From Octopus sinensis (lineage: Eukaryota): a stretch of DNA of 64,000 bases. Within the stretch, counting starts at the first letter, position 1; each line of letters starts with the position of its first letter. The stretch is from assembly GCF_006345805.1 (NCBI RefSeq), contig NC_042997.1, forward strand, positions 202,740,001-202,804,000, written 5' to 3'. Below, piece after piece: positions 1 through 12,731 of this stretch. Below the pieces are notes generated by a model. That model ran no database searches, had not been told where the DNA came from, and saw only the letters and a program-made list of their open reading frames with translations. The translations under genes were made by a program, and so were the position numbers.

Positions 1-61
1 GGTGGTATGTCATCATCATCATCATCATCATCCTTTAACATCCATTTTCCATACAATGGTC

Positions 62-215
62 TCTTTTCAGTTTTCATCTACCAAACCCATTCATAAGACT
101 TTGGCTAGCCTGGCACTATAGTTGAAGATACTGACACAAGGTGCTATATAGTGAGAATAAACCCAAAAGCATGTGGTTGGGAATTGAACTTCTTAACCAC
201 ACAGACATACCTGCA
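62..215 (-). mobile_element. Octopus tRNA-derived SINE (family 1), degenerate 5' half
   Basis: Reverse complement resembles the SINE head seen intact at 9108 (gcagg..gtggttaagaag..ccaaccac..ggtaga.g.aaactgaaa). Confidence 0.7.
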
Positions 216-663
216 TATGTATTGATTCCTTTTGACATTTGAAGAAATAATTATCTTACTGTACATAACCTAAGTCAAAATCTGTAATCAATGTTATTCA
301 CTAATTATCAGTTTCACATTATTATCTCTAGTTAATGAAGTAAATGCATTAATTATTACTAAAAATAACTCTACCGTAAGGCACACTAAAGATAGTTGCA
401 CATTAATCATCAAACTCTTTTAATATCAAATTGCTCGAACCCACTTATTCTGAAGTGAGTGTTCATATGTAAATTAATACCTTCTTCAAAATTGATTATT
501 ATATGAACAATACTGTGAAATTTCAGGCGGTAATGAACAACATAATATATCTATATATTTCTCTCTCTCTCTATCTCCTTCTCTGTGTGTGTGTGTGCGT
601 GTGCACGTGTGTGTATATGTGGTGTGTGCATCTGCATGTGTGTATATGTGTGCATGTGTGTGC

Positions 664-719
<56 letters not shown>

Positions 720-928
720 ATGTATAATTAGCAATTGGATTTACTATTTCAACTTCATCAGACTATACAATACATGTCTTTGTTTTGTTTTAGCTTACTC
801 TGTGGTTGTGACCTGATCTATTAAGGAGCTTTTTTATGAGTACCACTGGATTAGTGGTACTCATAATATATGTCTAATATATATATATTAGATATATACA
901 CACATATATAATAATATATATATATAAT

Positions 929-970
<42 letters not shown>

Positions 971-984
971 ATATATATATTGGC

Positions 985-1215
985 ATTTGGAAGGGTATCC
1001 AGCTGTAAAAAGCATGCCAAAACTGACCTTGCCAGTGCTGGTTCCTCATAAAAAGCAGTCAACCCACTATGTAGAGTGAGTGTTAGGAAGGGCATCCAGC
1101 CATAAAAACTATGCCAAAACAGACTCAAAAATATGATGCAGGCTCCTACTTGGCCAGCGCCTGCTGGACCACATCCAGCCGATGCCAGAATGGAAGGAGA
1201 ATGTTAAATGATGAT
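985..1215 (+). mobile_element. RTE-LINE 3'-UTR tail repeat (older subfamily)
   Basis: ttaggaagggcatccagc motif, ends in gttaaatgatgatg; homologous to the 3'-UTR at 60392-60775. Confidence 0.8.
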
Positions 1216-1233
1216 GTATACATACATATTATA

Positions 1234-2010
1234 TCAGGCTGAGTAAAAAGTAAGCAACGTTTTGAAACATGAACTTCATCACAATATATTTCAACAATGC
1301 AGAAATTTTATTCATCAAAGTAAGCACCATTACAATCAACGCAATTTTGTCAATGAGTTACAAGTTTGTTTATTCCAGTAACATAAAAATCTGGAGTTCT
1401 GGAGCTGATGAACTATTTGAATGCACTTTTAGCATCAGTTTGATTTTTGAACTCCTTCTCTCACAGAAAACTATCAATGTGCTTTAAAACATCGTAGTTG
1501 GTAAGAGAAAAGTCTGGGAAATAAGTTGGGTGGGGAAGAACTTTGTAGCCAAGTTCCCTCAACTTCTGGAGCGCCATTAGTGAAATGTGTGGTCGAGCAA
1601 TGTCATGAAGAATGATTGGCCCTCTTCTGTTGAACAGTATGGGACGGAGGAGTAGCAGTTTTTTGTTTGTTTTGACAATTTCATGGCAATATGTTTCTGC
1701 TGTAATGGTTTTTCCAGGTTTTAAGAAGTTATAGTGGATTAGTCCAGCAGTACGCCACCAAACAGTCACTATAACCTTCTTTTTGAAGAGCTCAGGTTAA
1801 GGGAAGGTTTTTGTAGTTTCATTTTGGTCCAACTGCTGTGAAGAACATTTTTTATTATTGTACAGACTCCACTTTTGATTGCAAGTTACAATATGATAAA
1901 GAAATGGATTGGTTTGGTTATGGAGAAGAAGTGACGAGCAAATTTCATATCTGTGCATTTTCTGATTTTCATTTAAACCGTGTGGTTCCCATTTGTCGAG
2001 CATTACTCAA
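1234..2010 (-). mobile_element. Mariner (Hsmar1/SETMAR-like) transposase remnant with 3' TIR
   Basis: ORFs 1797-2003 (KWEPH..IVTCNQKW) and 1461-1769 (IILHDIARPH..HPTYFPDFSLTNY) are degenerate WVPHEL/DEKW/HDNARPH/YSPDLAPSDY motifs; TA followed by tcaggctgagtaaaaagtaag TIR. Confidence 0.9.
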
Positions 2011-2099
2011 CCAGCCAGGCAAAGTCTTCACTACATTTGCGGCACCTGCCAGAGAGAGTGTTTGTCCAGGATAGCACTACACAGCCACAGCAGGAGATG

Positions 2100-2777
2100 T
2101 ATTAGGACATGAAATGTAAAAGTCGGACTAGATGATTCATTGTGCAACTCTATTGTCTCCCAAGACAGAAAGGATGCCAACTCAACATTTAGGGATAGGA
2201 ATAAATGTAACAGTACAGGGCTCAGTAAATTAATTTGGGATCTAAAAGACCACAATGAACAAGTTAATTTGGAATGGTCGATTCTCTCAATCTCAATACC
2301 TTATAACAAAGGCAAGGAATTCTGTCTTCTCTGTAATTCTGAACTATTTTTTCATTATTTTTTTCTAAAACTCCCCTAGTAAACACGGTTATAGAGCATG
2401 CATACCAATGTAAACATTGGCAAAAAACACACCTTTAGTTCATATAAGTAATCTCTATCATTATATATAATTTAAACATTAATTTTCTTTTTATATTTAA
2501 CATTCACTAAAAAATATCCCTCCTCTTTCTATAGACTACTTCTGACATTATATCATATAACGTTTTTTCAAACAATATTAATAGCGTTCAGTATATCACT
2601 ATACATATCCATCATTTTCTGTTAAAATGTCTTATTGACGAGTTTCATTTCTTCACTTCCCTGAAGAGAAGATTACATTGTTTTATACCATTTATTCCTT
2701 TGGAATAATATCAGTGAAATCTTTGAAACATGTGTCAGAAGTAAAAGTATTTGAATTATACTTGCGTTAAACTCCAT
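2100..2777 (+). mobile_element. Penelope-like element 3' end: C-terminal GIY-YIG remnant, 3'-UTR and pLTR (possibly Hydra-like clade)
   Basis: STFRDRNKCNSTGLSKLIWDLKD..WSIL..Y..CLLCNSE, then a frameshift to LVNTVIEHAYQCKHWQK (CxxC..CxH tail); hammerhead downstream; ends at (TA)n. Confidence 0.8.
2655..2742 (+). ncRNA. Type I hammerhead ribozyme motif with canonical core
   Basis: CUGAAGA 2661-2667; stem II GAAGAUU/AAUCUUU, extended; GAAA 2725; stem III AC-AUGU-GU; GUC cleavage after 2736; stem I ACUUC/GAAGU. Confidence 0.75.
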
Positions 2778-2782
2778 TTATA

Positions 2783-2815
<33 letters not shown>

Positions 2816-3744
2816 AATTAAATTAGAGATAAAACCACTAATTTTTCCCTGTAAGTTTAGATATACTCCCTAATGTTATTATATATATATATATATATAT
2901 ATGTCTGCGTATGTGTGTGTGTAAGTCATCTAAACGTCCATATATAAGTATATATGTCTGCGTATATATTTCCAAGGTTCCGCTAACTATGAAACACACA
3001 CACACACACACACATGTTACTGAAAATATACGAATGGAAAAAAATTGAAAAGAAGTAAGGTGCCTATTTGACACATCCATCTGGACATTACTGAATAGCG
3101 CCAGTATTTTCACCCTCATTTTGAAATCATGATGATCGAAAAGAAAACTCAACTTAATTGAAACATAGTTAGCTTGTTAGAAATGCTGTTACACAAGGGT
3201 TAAGATATGGCGGAATCTCTTTGTGAAATGATATTATGACTGCATAGCAGTATAAAGTAGTTTGGTTTCTGTTACAAAGTGATTCTTCTTCACAACAGGC
3301 TAGCATATAGAGAGTTTGTTTTAATGCTTAGCTCACTTCATGTCATCTAAATGTGATAGAATAAGTGAAGCAAAACATTAGCAGCATGCCATGGCCATGC
3401 TTCACTAATAGCATGTAGTCTTTAAGATTGTTAATGTAGACTGCTTTTTTGTTTTCTCAGTACAGGCTTTTACAAAGAAAAACTTAAAAGCATTGACAGA
3501 TATAGGTATTCCACTGTGTGTGGTGTGTAGAATTATATATATATATTAGATATGTGTTTGTATATATACTAAAAAAAAAGGTTTTGAAGAACTAAAGATG
3601 TACACAAAACTGCCAGATGTAATGTTTTTGACTGCTTCCTGTTGAGGCCAGTAAATTTATCGGTAAGTAATGTTAGACAGAACTTAAAAGAGTAATATCA
3701 GTATTAAGTTATCAATAAATAAGGATAACAGTTTTATACACAGT

Positions 3745-3950
3745 TAGTGCAAGCATGTCTACTGTTAAGAAGCTAGCTTCCCAACCATATAGTCTTGGGT
3801 TCAGTCACATTTTATGGCACCTGCCGAAATTTCTTCACTAACAACCCCAGGTCAACCAAGGACCTTTCTAGCCAAGTCAGCATGGAAAACATACTGGGTT
3901 GGATTTGGTTGAGAGAATCTGGAAGAAGCCTGTCATATATAAATATATAT
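3745..3950 (+). mobile_element. SINE family 1, degenerate 5' half
   Basis: gttaagaagctagcttcccaaccat..ttgggttcagtc..ggatttggt..gaagaagcctgtc. Confidence 0.7.
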
Positions 3951-3998
3951 ATATATATATCACCATCATCAACATTATCATCTTCGTCGTCGTCATTG

Positions 3999-4029
<31 letters not shown>

Positions 4030-4134
4030 TTACCATCCAATTTCCATGATGGCATGGGTTGGATGGTTTGACAAGAGCTGGCAAGGCCAACAACTGCACC
4101 AGGTTCCTGTAGTCTGTTTATATATAATATATGT

Positions 4135-4171
<37 letters not shown>

Positions 4172-4236
4172 CGCCTATTAATAATAATACTGTAATTGTT
4201 CCATTGTTGTTGTTTTTTGTTTCCCGTTTGGATTAA

Positions 4237-4274
<38 letters not shown>

Positions 4275-4284
4275 GCAAAGAATT

Positions 4285-4625
4285 ATTAATTTAATAATAA
4301 ATAAATTTTACCAAGTAGTTTCAGTATGGAAAGAGAACCATTATCGGTAGGAACTTTTACAAAAAGTTTCTTTATATATAAATATAATTAAGGGTTAAGC
4401 AGCAAGTTGCTTCACCACATACCGAAAATTTAGAAATAGCAGCCAAAGACAGCTCATTCCTTTTTGCTACAGATATTACTCCACAGATAACAATATTTGT
4501 AACTCACATAGGCAAAAAGAAGACAAATAACGAAATCAAACAGTCTTTGATTAATTATGGATGCGTTTCTGGGTTAGAATTATACAAATTCATTGCCATC
4601 CTCTGCACAATATTTTGATAATTTA
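4285..4625 (-). mobile_element. PLE pLTR-like fragment with a decayed hammerhead (4555-4610)
   Basis: Minus strand reads UUGUG-CAGAGGA-UGG..CCA-GAAA-CGCAUC-CAUAA; abuts (TA)n. Confidence 0.5.
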
Positions 4626-4629
4626 TTAT

Positions 4630-5020
4630 ATATATATATATCTAAGCACTATCCGAATTGTGGCCGATGCCAGCGCCGCCTCGACTGGCTTCCGTGTCGG
4701 TGGCACGTAAAAAGCACCATCCGAATCGTGACCGAAGCCAGTGCCGCCTCGACTGGCTTCTGTGCCGGTGGCACGTAAAATGCACCAATCCGACCGTGGC
4801 TGATGCCAGCCTCGCCTGGCACCAGTGCAGGTGGCACGTAAAAAGCACCCACTACACTCACGGAGTGGTTGGCGTTAGGAAGGGCATCCAGCTGTAGAAA
4901 CATTGCTAGATAAGACCGGAGCCTGATGCAGCCTTCTGGCTTCCCAGATCCCCGGTCGAATCGTTCAACCCATGCTAGCATGGAGAACGGACGTTAAACG
5001 ATGATGACGATGATGATGAT
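4630..5020 (+). mobile_element. RTE 3'-UTR tail (young subfamily) with 3-4 internal tandem stem-loop units
   Basis: Repeated gtgccggtggcacgtaaaaagcacc, then ggcgttaggaagggcatccagctg, then (gat)n. Confidence 0.9.
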
Positions 5021-5149
5021 ATATTAGAAGATTTGGAGATGATGTACATTTATTATATATTACAAGAAATGAGGTACTCAGAAATCTGGATGGTTTTATA
5101 TTTACAGATATTTATTAATATGTCACATGCTTTTATAAATCATATATTA

Positions 5150-6178
5150 GCGCTTGCGTCCACACATACCTAACACTCACAACCTCACACATACATGTAT
5201 ATACACCCACATACTCACGCACACACAACTACATGCACATACACATGTACACATACACATACACATGTACATGCAGGCAGACGCAAAAACGCACCTATAC
5301 CCCCTACACAACCCCTCATTCACACACACAAAATACACACGTACATACACACACACATGTACACAAGCACATACACTCACACGCACACACGTATATACAC
5401 ACACACACACGTATATACACACACACACACACGCACACGCAAATGAACCCACACATACCTTCCAGACACACAGCATAATTCATACATACACGCACACAAT
5501 TATACATGCATGTACACACACACACGCACATCCAAGCACACACACACACATACACAGAGTAAAGTACAGTTACTCCACACATGCATCCCCACGCATACAC
5601 ACATACACACATGTACACACACATACATACATACACACACATACACTGCAAACAAATCACACACACACTACATATACATACACGCACACACACACATACT
5701 TCAAACTAACTGTACCTTCTACTGACCATTCTCCTCCACACATGTGTAGGTAGACACACAACAGGAGCCACTCCTACCAAAATTACTATAAATTCTTCCT
5801 ATGACCTTAAAGGATACTAAGCCCAACCACACACATAGATAAACAGCCACAACCACACACAGACCTTCGCGCACGCACGTACCCACACATACATACACAT
5901 ACCTATTTCTCTTGCACTCTCCTATCTTTGAAAGAACTTTTTCTTCACCCATTCCCTTCTGGTCATTTCAATATGTGACTGCGTGTGTATCATTGGCGAT
6001 TTTCTTTCTCCATCTTCCTTTCTTTGGACTTTTCTATATTTCTGACGAAGAGCTCCGCTCGAAATGTGAAATCCTCCTTCTTTCTTTCCTTTCCTGGGCG
6101 TCCAATAACACTGTACTTATTCCACATCCTCACGTTGTTGCTTTTTCTTGCTTGTTCATGTTTGGATTAACTATATAT
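5150..6178 (+). mobile_element. Probable PLE 3' region: CA-rich low-complexity UTR plus pLTR family A
   Basis: 5980-6178 is homologous to 7515-7722 and carries a hammerhead; architecture parallels 20520-21527. Confidence 0.5.
6038..6072 (+). ncRNA. Minimal hammerhead motif (pLTR family A), cleavage site mutated
   Basis: AUUU-CUGACGA-A-GAGC UCC GCUC-GAAA-UGUG-AAAU. Confidence 0.6.
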
Positions 6179-6214
6179 GTATGTATGTGTATATATGTGT
6201 CTATATATATATAT

Positions 6215-6450
6215 CCGTTCGTGGCCGTTTGCCAGCTCTGTCTGGCACCTGTGCGGGTGGCACGTAAAAAGCACCCACTACACTCACGGAGTGGTTGGTG
6301 TTAGGAAGGGCATCCAGCCGTAGAAACACTGCCAGATTTGACTGGGCCTGATGAAGCCTTCTGTCTTCACAGACCCCAGTAGAACTGTCCAACCCATGCT
6401 AGCATGGAAAACGGACGCTAAACGATGATGATGATGATGATGATGATGAT
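6215..6450 (+). mobile_element. RTE 3'-UTR tail
   Basis: ggtggcacgtaaaaagcacccactacac..ttaggaagggcatcc..(gat)n. Confidence 0.9.
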
Positions 6451-7514
6451 ATATATATATATATATGTATGTATATATGTGAGCTAGCATGTTTTGTATG
6501 TTTATATGTGAGCTAGCATGATCTCCCCCACCTCCCCTCCCAAATCAATATAAAAAAGTACATTTCTATCAACAAACATTCCAAAACTAACATTGTTTTT
6601 TTTTCTTTCTGCTATCATCTCCTTTTTATCACAAGACATGTATCTTACACCTCATTAACAACACCTCACCCCAGACACACACATAAACTCATCTTTAACA
6701 TAGAAAATTACTGAAGCTTCTCTTTATAAAATTAAGATAGCTGATTCAGCCATAAGAAAAGAATTTGAAAAACATCTGACCATTATATTTTTCCCCAAAG
6801 GTCAACTATCCAAATGGAACCAGTAGGAGGGCACTTTCACAAGCCCTTCATAAAACACTTCATAAACACCCCACCATCTCCTAACTCCACTCTCAATCAA
6901 TTATCTTGTTTTCACCATTCACTATTTTCTTTCAGTTCTTGTTCATCAAGAACTCCTTCACTCCCACATTTATTAACAAACCCCAATCCCACCCCAGATA
7001 CATTCAAATGTCTTATATATAAAATCACACAGCACAACACAACCTGAGATCAATTTGACAATCGTCACCAATGAATGTGAGAAAGTTCTCCAGAAAAGTT
7101 AACAAGGAATCTTTAAAAAATCTCCCTATGGAAGTTAACAAAGAATTTAATAGATCTACTAACCAAACTGTAAAATTATATCATTAAAAAATTAAATTGA
7201 CAAGAACTACCAGTGAGCTCATTCTTTTCCTTTTCCTTATATATATATATAAATTTAAATTTAAAACGAGGGTGAGAAATTAGATATTAATTTAATTAAC
7301 ATTGATTTCACACCAGTGGTCTAGCATATAAAAAAACTGAAGGTTCAGTAAAATTGTATTATATGGATATTTTTATTGCTTTTTCTTTTGTCTTGCTCGA
7401 TTACGTTTTGGTTGTTTTGCTAAATTTTTCTTGAGAACATTTCTTAGTGGTAAGACCATAGCAGATCTATTTCTAGCATAAGGGTGTCCACACAGTGGTT
7501 TCCCTCTAATATGT

Positions 7515-7716
7515 ATATATATGTGACCTCGTGTGTACTGTTGGCGATTTTTTTTCCTATGTTTTCCCTTCTCTGGATCTTTCCTTCTCTTATGTTTCCG
7601 ATGAAGAGCTCCGCTCGAAACGTTAAACCCTCCTTCTTTCCTGAGCGTCCAATAATACTATATTTGTTCCACATCCTCGCGTTGTTGTGTTTTTTTGTGC
7701 TTTCTTGTTTGGATTA

Positions 7717-7722
<6 letters not shown>
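7515..7722 (+). mobile_element. PLE pLTR family A solo copy
   Basis: Homologous to 5980-6178; flanked by (TA)n. Confidence 0.7.
7594..7628 (+). ncRNA. Minimal palindromic hammerhead motif (U4C in core)
   Basis: GUUU-CCGAUGA-A-GAGC UCC GCUC-GAAACGUU-AAAC. Confidence 0.65.
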
Positions 7723-7758
<36 letters not shown>

Positions 7759-9107
7759 ATGAAGGCATATCAGGGAAATATATATATTTGTATACTCATT
7801 TCCATTCAGACTTTTCTTGCTATTTTAATTTGTACCAGTGAACATGTGTAATAGCATTTACAGCCTGCCATTAATTTGTGTATATGTGCATGAGTTTATA
7901 TAAGTAATTGTATGGTTGTGTATGTTTATGCATATGTGTAACACCACCCACATAAATTTCTCGTTTATAAGTGTGTTTACTGTTTAAATATTTTCTTTTA
8001 CACTGTACACAATAACTAATATTAATTCTTACCAAGAAAGCTGAAAGAACTATTTTTGTTTAAGATATAAGATACAAATATAAAGGTTATTTTACATCCC
8101 AATTTCTAGTTGGTTGATTATACACTTTAAAGGATTATATCTCTGTTTTAATTTCTTTTTCTTGGTTTATTTATAGACATTTTCCACATCTGGTTTTCAT
8201 TACAAGTAAATGTTGACTAATTGTGGGAATTAGTACATTTGTTTGAGTTGTTCATGCATATTATATTTTTCTGTTAGATAATTATCCTAATGTTAAAAAA
8301 TCAAAGCTAAACCAACCATTGGTAGTGACTATTTTCAGTTTGGATTTCACTGAAACAAAAACAAAAAAAAAAAAAACCTCAAAGTCTATTTGAAATCCTA
8401 ACCTTTGTGTTAAGAAACAAGTACTTGTAGCACTTTTAACTACTGAGCTACTCTTGTGGACACAGTATAAATGATTGGTTAGAAATGTATGCTTCACAAT
8501 CACTAAGTCCCCAGTTTGATCATATTGCATGGCATTTTGGGCAAGCGTCTTTTATCATTCTTTTGTAGTGCCCGAAACCTTGTAAGTGAAATTGGGTTGG
8601 TAGAAACTATGTGGAAGCCCATTAGGTGAATTGCACCTGTAATTCAAAGATAAACCTTATTACACACTGTATCCCACTGATTCTACCTGGGGATTATGTT
8701 AGTGGTTTGTAGAGTATTCAGATATTTATCTATACAGGGACTCTGAGAGAAATTCGACAAAGTGGAACAAAAGTGCCTTTCAGGTCCTGGAAGGTTGAGT
8801 TGTGTGTGATATTTTAGGGAAGGTTCCTGCAGATAACTATGGTTCTCCTTCTTGGATCTCTGGACCTCACACTGATATACCAGCTGACCCCTACTGTTAT
8901 AGGTCTCACACTTTAATGCTAATTCAAAGAGCAAGTAATTCAGTTGATTGAACAACTGAAACCTCATCACTAAAACTAACAAAGAACTATTTCTTTTTTT
9001 GAGTGTGTATGCAGCAAATAGCATGAAACCTTAATATCAATATTTCTTAGGGTCAATCCTATTGAATAAAAGGAAAAATTTGATCAAATGTTTCTTGTAA
9101 CTGTAAT

Positions 9108-9525
9108 GTACAGGTGCCGGAGTGGCTGTATGGTAAGTAGCTTGCTAACCAACCACATGGTTCCAGGTTCAGTCCCACTGCGTGGCATCTTGGGCAAGTG
9201 ACTTCTGCTATAGCCCCGGGCCGACCAATGCCTTGTGAGTGGATTTGGTAGACGGAAACTGAAAGAAGCCTGTCGTATGTATGTATATATATATATATGT
9301 GTGTGTTTGTGTGTCTGTGTTTGTCCCCCTAGCATTGCTTGACAACCGATGCTGGTGTGTTTATGTCCCCGTCACTTAGCGGTTCAGCAAAAGAGACTGA
9401 TAGAATAAGTACTGGGCTTACAAAGAATAAGTCCTGGGGTCGATTTGGTTGACTAAAGGCGGTGCTCCAGCATGGCTGCAGTCAAATGACTGAAACAAGT
9501 AAAAGAGTAAAAGAGTAAAAGAGAG
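9108..9525 (+). mobile_element. SINE family 1, full length
   Basis: tRNA-like A/B boxes (tggctgtatggtaag..ggttcagtcccac), internal (TA/TG)n, tail ggtgctccagcatggc..aaatgactgaaacaagtaaaagag repeats. Confidence 0.9.
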
Positions 9526-10219
9526 AGTACCACCTTTTGCTTGAGCTGTTTCAGACAGTAGTTGTTGCTGTTATTATTTAATCCTGGGCCAGGACTGATT
9601 CAGCAGACACATGGTCAAAGGTATTCCAAACATAATCATCCAAAGTGTCCTATTTTTAGAATGATAGGATGATGAATTAGTGGAATTGTTTCAGTATTGC
9701 ATAGAATGCTAAGCAGCATTTGTTCTGCTTTCTGCAAAGCTTTGCTAAGCTGGAATTAATTAATTAGAGGTGCACTAAGCAGCATTGATTGAAATATAGG
9801 TATGTACAATTATATTTAATTTGTTTGGGTACTCTTATACCTGAAAAGACCTTCAAAACAGAAATTGTCTCAGGAGAGGAATTCTTATAGACAATGTATA
9901 TGAAAGCACTATTGGGCTGTTCTTAGTGGACTGCAAATGATGGATTTAGTGTCACTAACTGATGAAGCATAACAAAGCAGAACATGTCTCTAATGGTCCA
10001 ATGACATCATTCATGGCCCATGGATGTGTTTTTTCATACATGTTGTCTATAAGGTGAATTTCTATCCTGAGACAAATTCTGCTGCAAAGGTATTTCCATG
10101 TTTGTGTACATGAACATGTTACATATAATTGTACACATATATTTTAATCAATATTTTTTCCTACTGAGGTATCCATGTATCTACTTTACAGCAAGACACC
10201 AATATCTGTTTGCTCTATA

Positions 10220-10560
10220 CTTTAAATCTCTCCAATGACACAAAGCCACTACCCCTCAATACTACTCCCCCCATTCTATTTGAGGGGTTTTGTCTCGTAA
10301 AGTACTTGGTGACCCTGTTGGTGCTGATGCTGATGCTAAGTAAAAAGTATTAGTGCTGGTGCCACATAAAAAGCACCCAGTACACTCTGTAGAATGGGTT
10401 GCATTCAGAAAGGCATGCAGTTGTAGAAACCATGTCAAAACAGACAATGGTATCTAATGTGGCTCCTGGCCTTGCCAACTCCTGTCAAATCATCCAACCC
10501 TTGTCAGTATGGAAAATGGATGTTTGATGAAGATGATGATGATGTTGAATGATGATGTTT
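10220..10560 (+). mobile_element. RTE 3'-UTR tail (older subfamily)
   Basis: gtgccacataaaaagcaccc..catccaacccttgtcagtatgg..(gat)n. Confidence 0.8.
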
Positions 10561-11394
10561 AGAGTGCCTCCAGCTAATTAATTGAAGCAAAATTTAAATC
10601 TACTTAACTCAAAATTTAATTGCTTGTGTACACATCTATAAAGCCGTTTTTGTATTCGTCAAACATTTCAAAAACTTAAGTTATTAACATATTTTATTCA
10701 TTTTATCAAAAGGCTCAGATTGTTTTGCTTTTTAATAAGAACATTCTTTATTTAAATTATCTCATCTCAGTTTTTCTCAGATTGCAATAAATGAGTTATA
10801 ATAAGGAAGTATTTTGAAAAGAGTATTCCCCAAATAAATTAAATTATTTTATTTTGCTCAAAGTAAGGATGTGAAAATGCTATCAAAATAACTTCTGCTA
10901 AATATCTTGTCAACTTTTCACAAAACCATTTCTGTTTAATATTAAGGATGAAATGAGTCAAAAGACACCCACTCCCCCATTTTTTTCCCATATTGGCAGT
11001 TAAAAGAATTTTGACAGTTTGCAGATTCCATGTAATAAAAAATGTTTTTTCATGTATTTTACAGCAGGATTCACAAAAAATAAAATGGCATGGAAGCACA
11101 CACATACACACACACACACACACACATGTGCAAATTCAAGCAGATACAAAAGCATAAACATGAACTCTCACACACATCCAAGCACATTCATAAAAAATGC
11201 ACTCATATTTAACACAGAAACCCAGACACACAAACACATGAATATAAACTGACAACAGATAGAAACACATACATACAAGCACACACATAAACATCTGCAA
11301 ATGTATATACAAACTTACACAGACACTTTCTCCCTCTCTCTCTCAATAAATAATGTGCTATCATTTAGAAATATTAAAATATTAAAAGTAACAT

Positions 11395-11665
11395 TGAAGA
11401 TACAGGATAGAAGGATGAGGCTAGCTGGACACTGCATCAGACACACTGATGAAATTGCTAACAAGCTAGTGCTCTGGCAACCAATGGAAGTGAGAACCAG
11501 AAGAGGAAGGAGGAAGATGACCTATATCGACAACTTGCTGGAGGTTACTGGTATGGAAGGGGTACAGAAACTGAGGACCATTACAGAAGATCGAGATGAA
11601 TGGGGAAAACATATGGAAGCAGTCTTGGGGCATCCTGTGGGACGACCAAGATAGATAGATAGAGA
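11395..11665 (+). mobile_element. RTE-clade LINE ORF C-terminus (second family) with (TAGA)n tail
   Basis: RRMRLAGHCIRH..LVLWQP..RRGRRKMTYID..DRDEW. Confidence 0.8.
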
Positions 11666-12305
11666 GATTAATTCCTGATGAATTATATGTTGTTAATTAA
11701 AGACAGTGTATATATGCATAAGTGTATATTTATGTATGTATAGATATCTGTACTAAGTTTTAAGCAGAGACTTGAAGTTTTGTAGAAAATATTTACAATA
11801 GATGCCTTGCAGTGGAACTGAACCGGAAGCCATATGATTGCATAGTGAAATACTTAACAATGCAACCCAACAATGCTTGCTCCTGTACATACATAATACA
11901 TACATACATACATACATACATACATACATACATACATACATAAAGAGAGAGAGAGAGAGAGAAAAGAAAGAGTGATGGAGATAGAGTGTGTATGTGTGCA
12001 AGTGCACACGTGTGTGTGTATATGTTTTAAACTACAAACCCCTATAAAATGATGCATGTTTCTTGGAGACATGATTATATGGGAAGGTTAGCTACACTGG
12101 GGTCGATGTAATCGACAAGTCCTCTCCCCAACAATTTCAGGCCTTATGCCTTTAATAGAAAGGATTATATCTTTACTCAGAGTTCACCTCAAGCAGGGAC
12201 TTTACACTTTCTTACAATCAACCTATGATAAACACCATTATATGCATCCTCACTATATGAATATATATGTATAACTCTGCTTTTAGAACACCTTGTATGT
12301 ATACG

Positions 12306-12521
12306 TTAACCCTTTAATACCAACCCATCCAAGACTGCCCTGGTTTTTATGAAATGAAAGTGTTGTTTTAACATGATCTAAATAAAAATCTTCTATCAAA
12401 ATTCTATGTTAATTTATGTTCCAAACATCAGTTTTGCAACAACAAATTTTCTTTACTTCATTATGTTCAAAATTAATTGAAACAAAGGTAGTGTTTTTTC
12501 AGAGAAAATTGGAACAGTTAA
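12306..12521. mobile_element. Possible TTAA-type (piggyBac-like) MITE
   Basis: Starts TTAA-CCCTTT; degenerate right end ggaacagTTAA. Confidence 0.35.
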
Positions 12522-12731
12522 TCAACTACTCAAATTTTCTTCATTAAACAACTTTAATTCATACCAAGCCATTAACCAAATTAACCATAAACAGATATTT
12601 TTGTTGATGTAATTGGCACTACCCTCTATCTTCCCCAGATTAGGAAGGAATCACATCCTTCAAGAAGACCAAGAGCTATGGCTGAAAATAAGTATTCTAG
12701 AACAATGGAAGTAATATGAAATACTAATTGG

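Noticed and set aside
4660-4850. Repeat-spacer appearance of the RTE tail units (CRISPR-like)
   Set aside because: Eukaryotic context, spacers are homologous to each other, there are no cas genes, and the units belong to a LINE 3'-UTR
8683-9024. 113-aa minus-strand ORF
   Set aside because: It ends inside a decayed SINE (about 8500-8740) and has no recognisable domain
9108-9190. tRNA-like A/B boxes
   Set aside because: These are SINE heads with no closed cloverleaf, followed by SINE body; no genuine tRNA gene was seen
9955-9995. CUGAUGA-AGC..GC-AGAAC-AUGUC hammerhead-like string
   Set aside because: GAAA is absent and there is no stem I; compatible with chance
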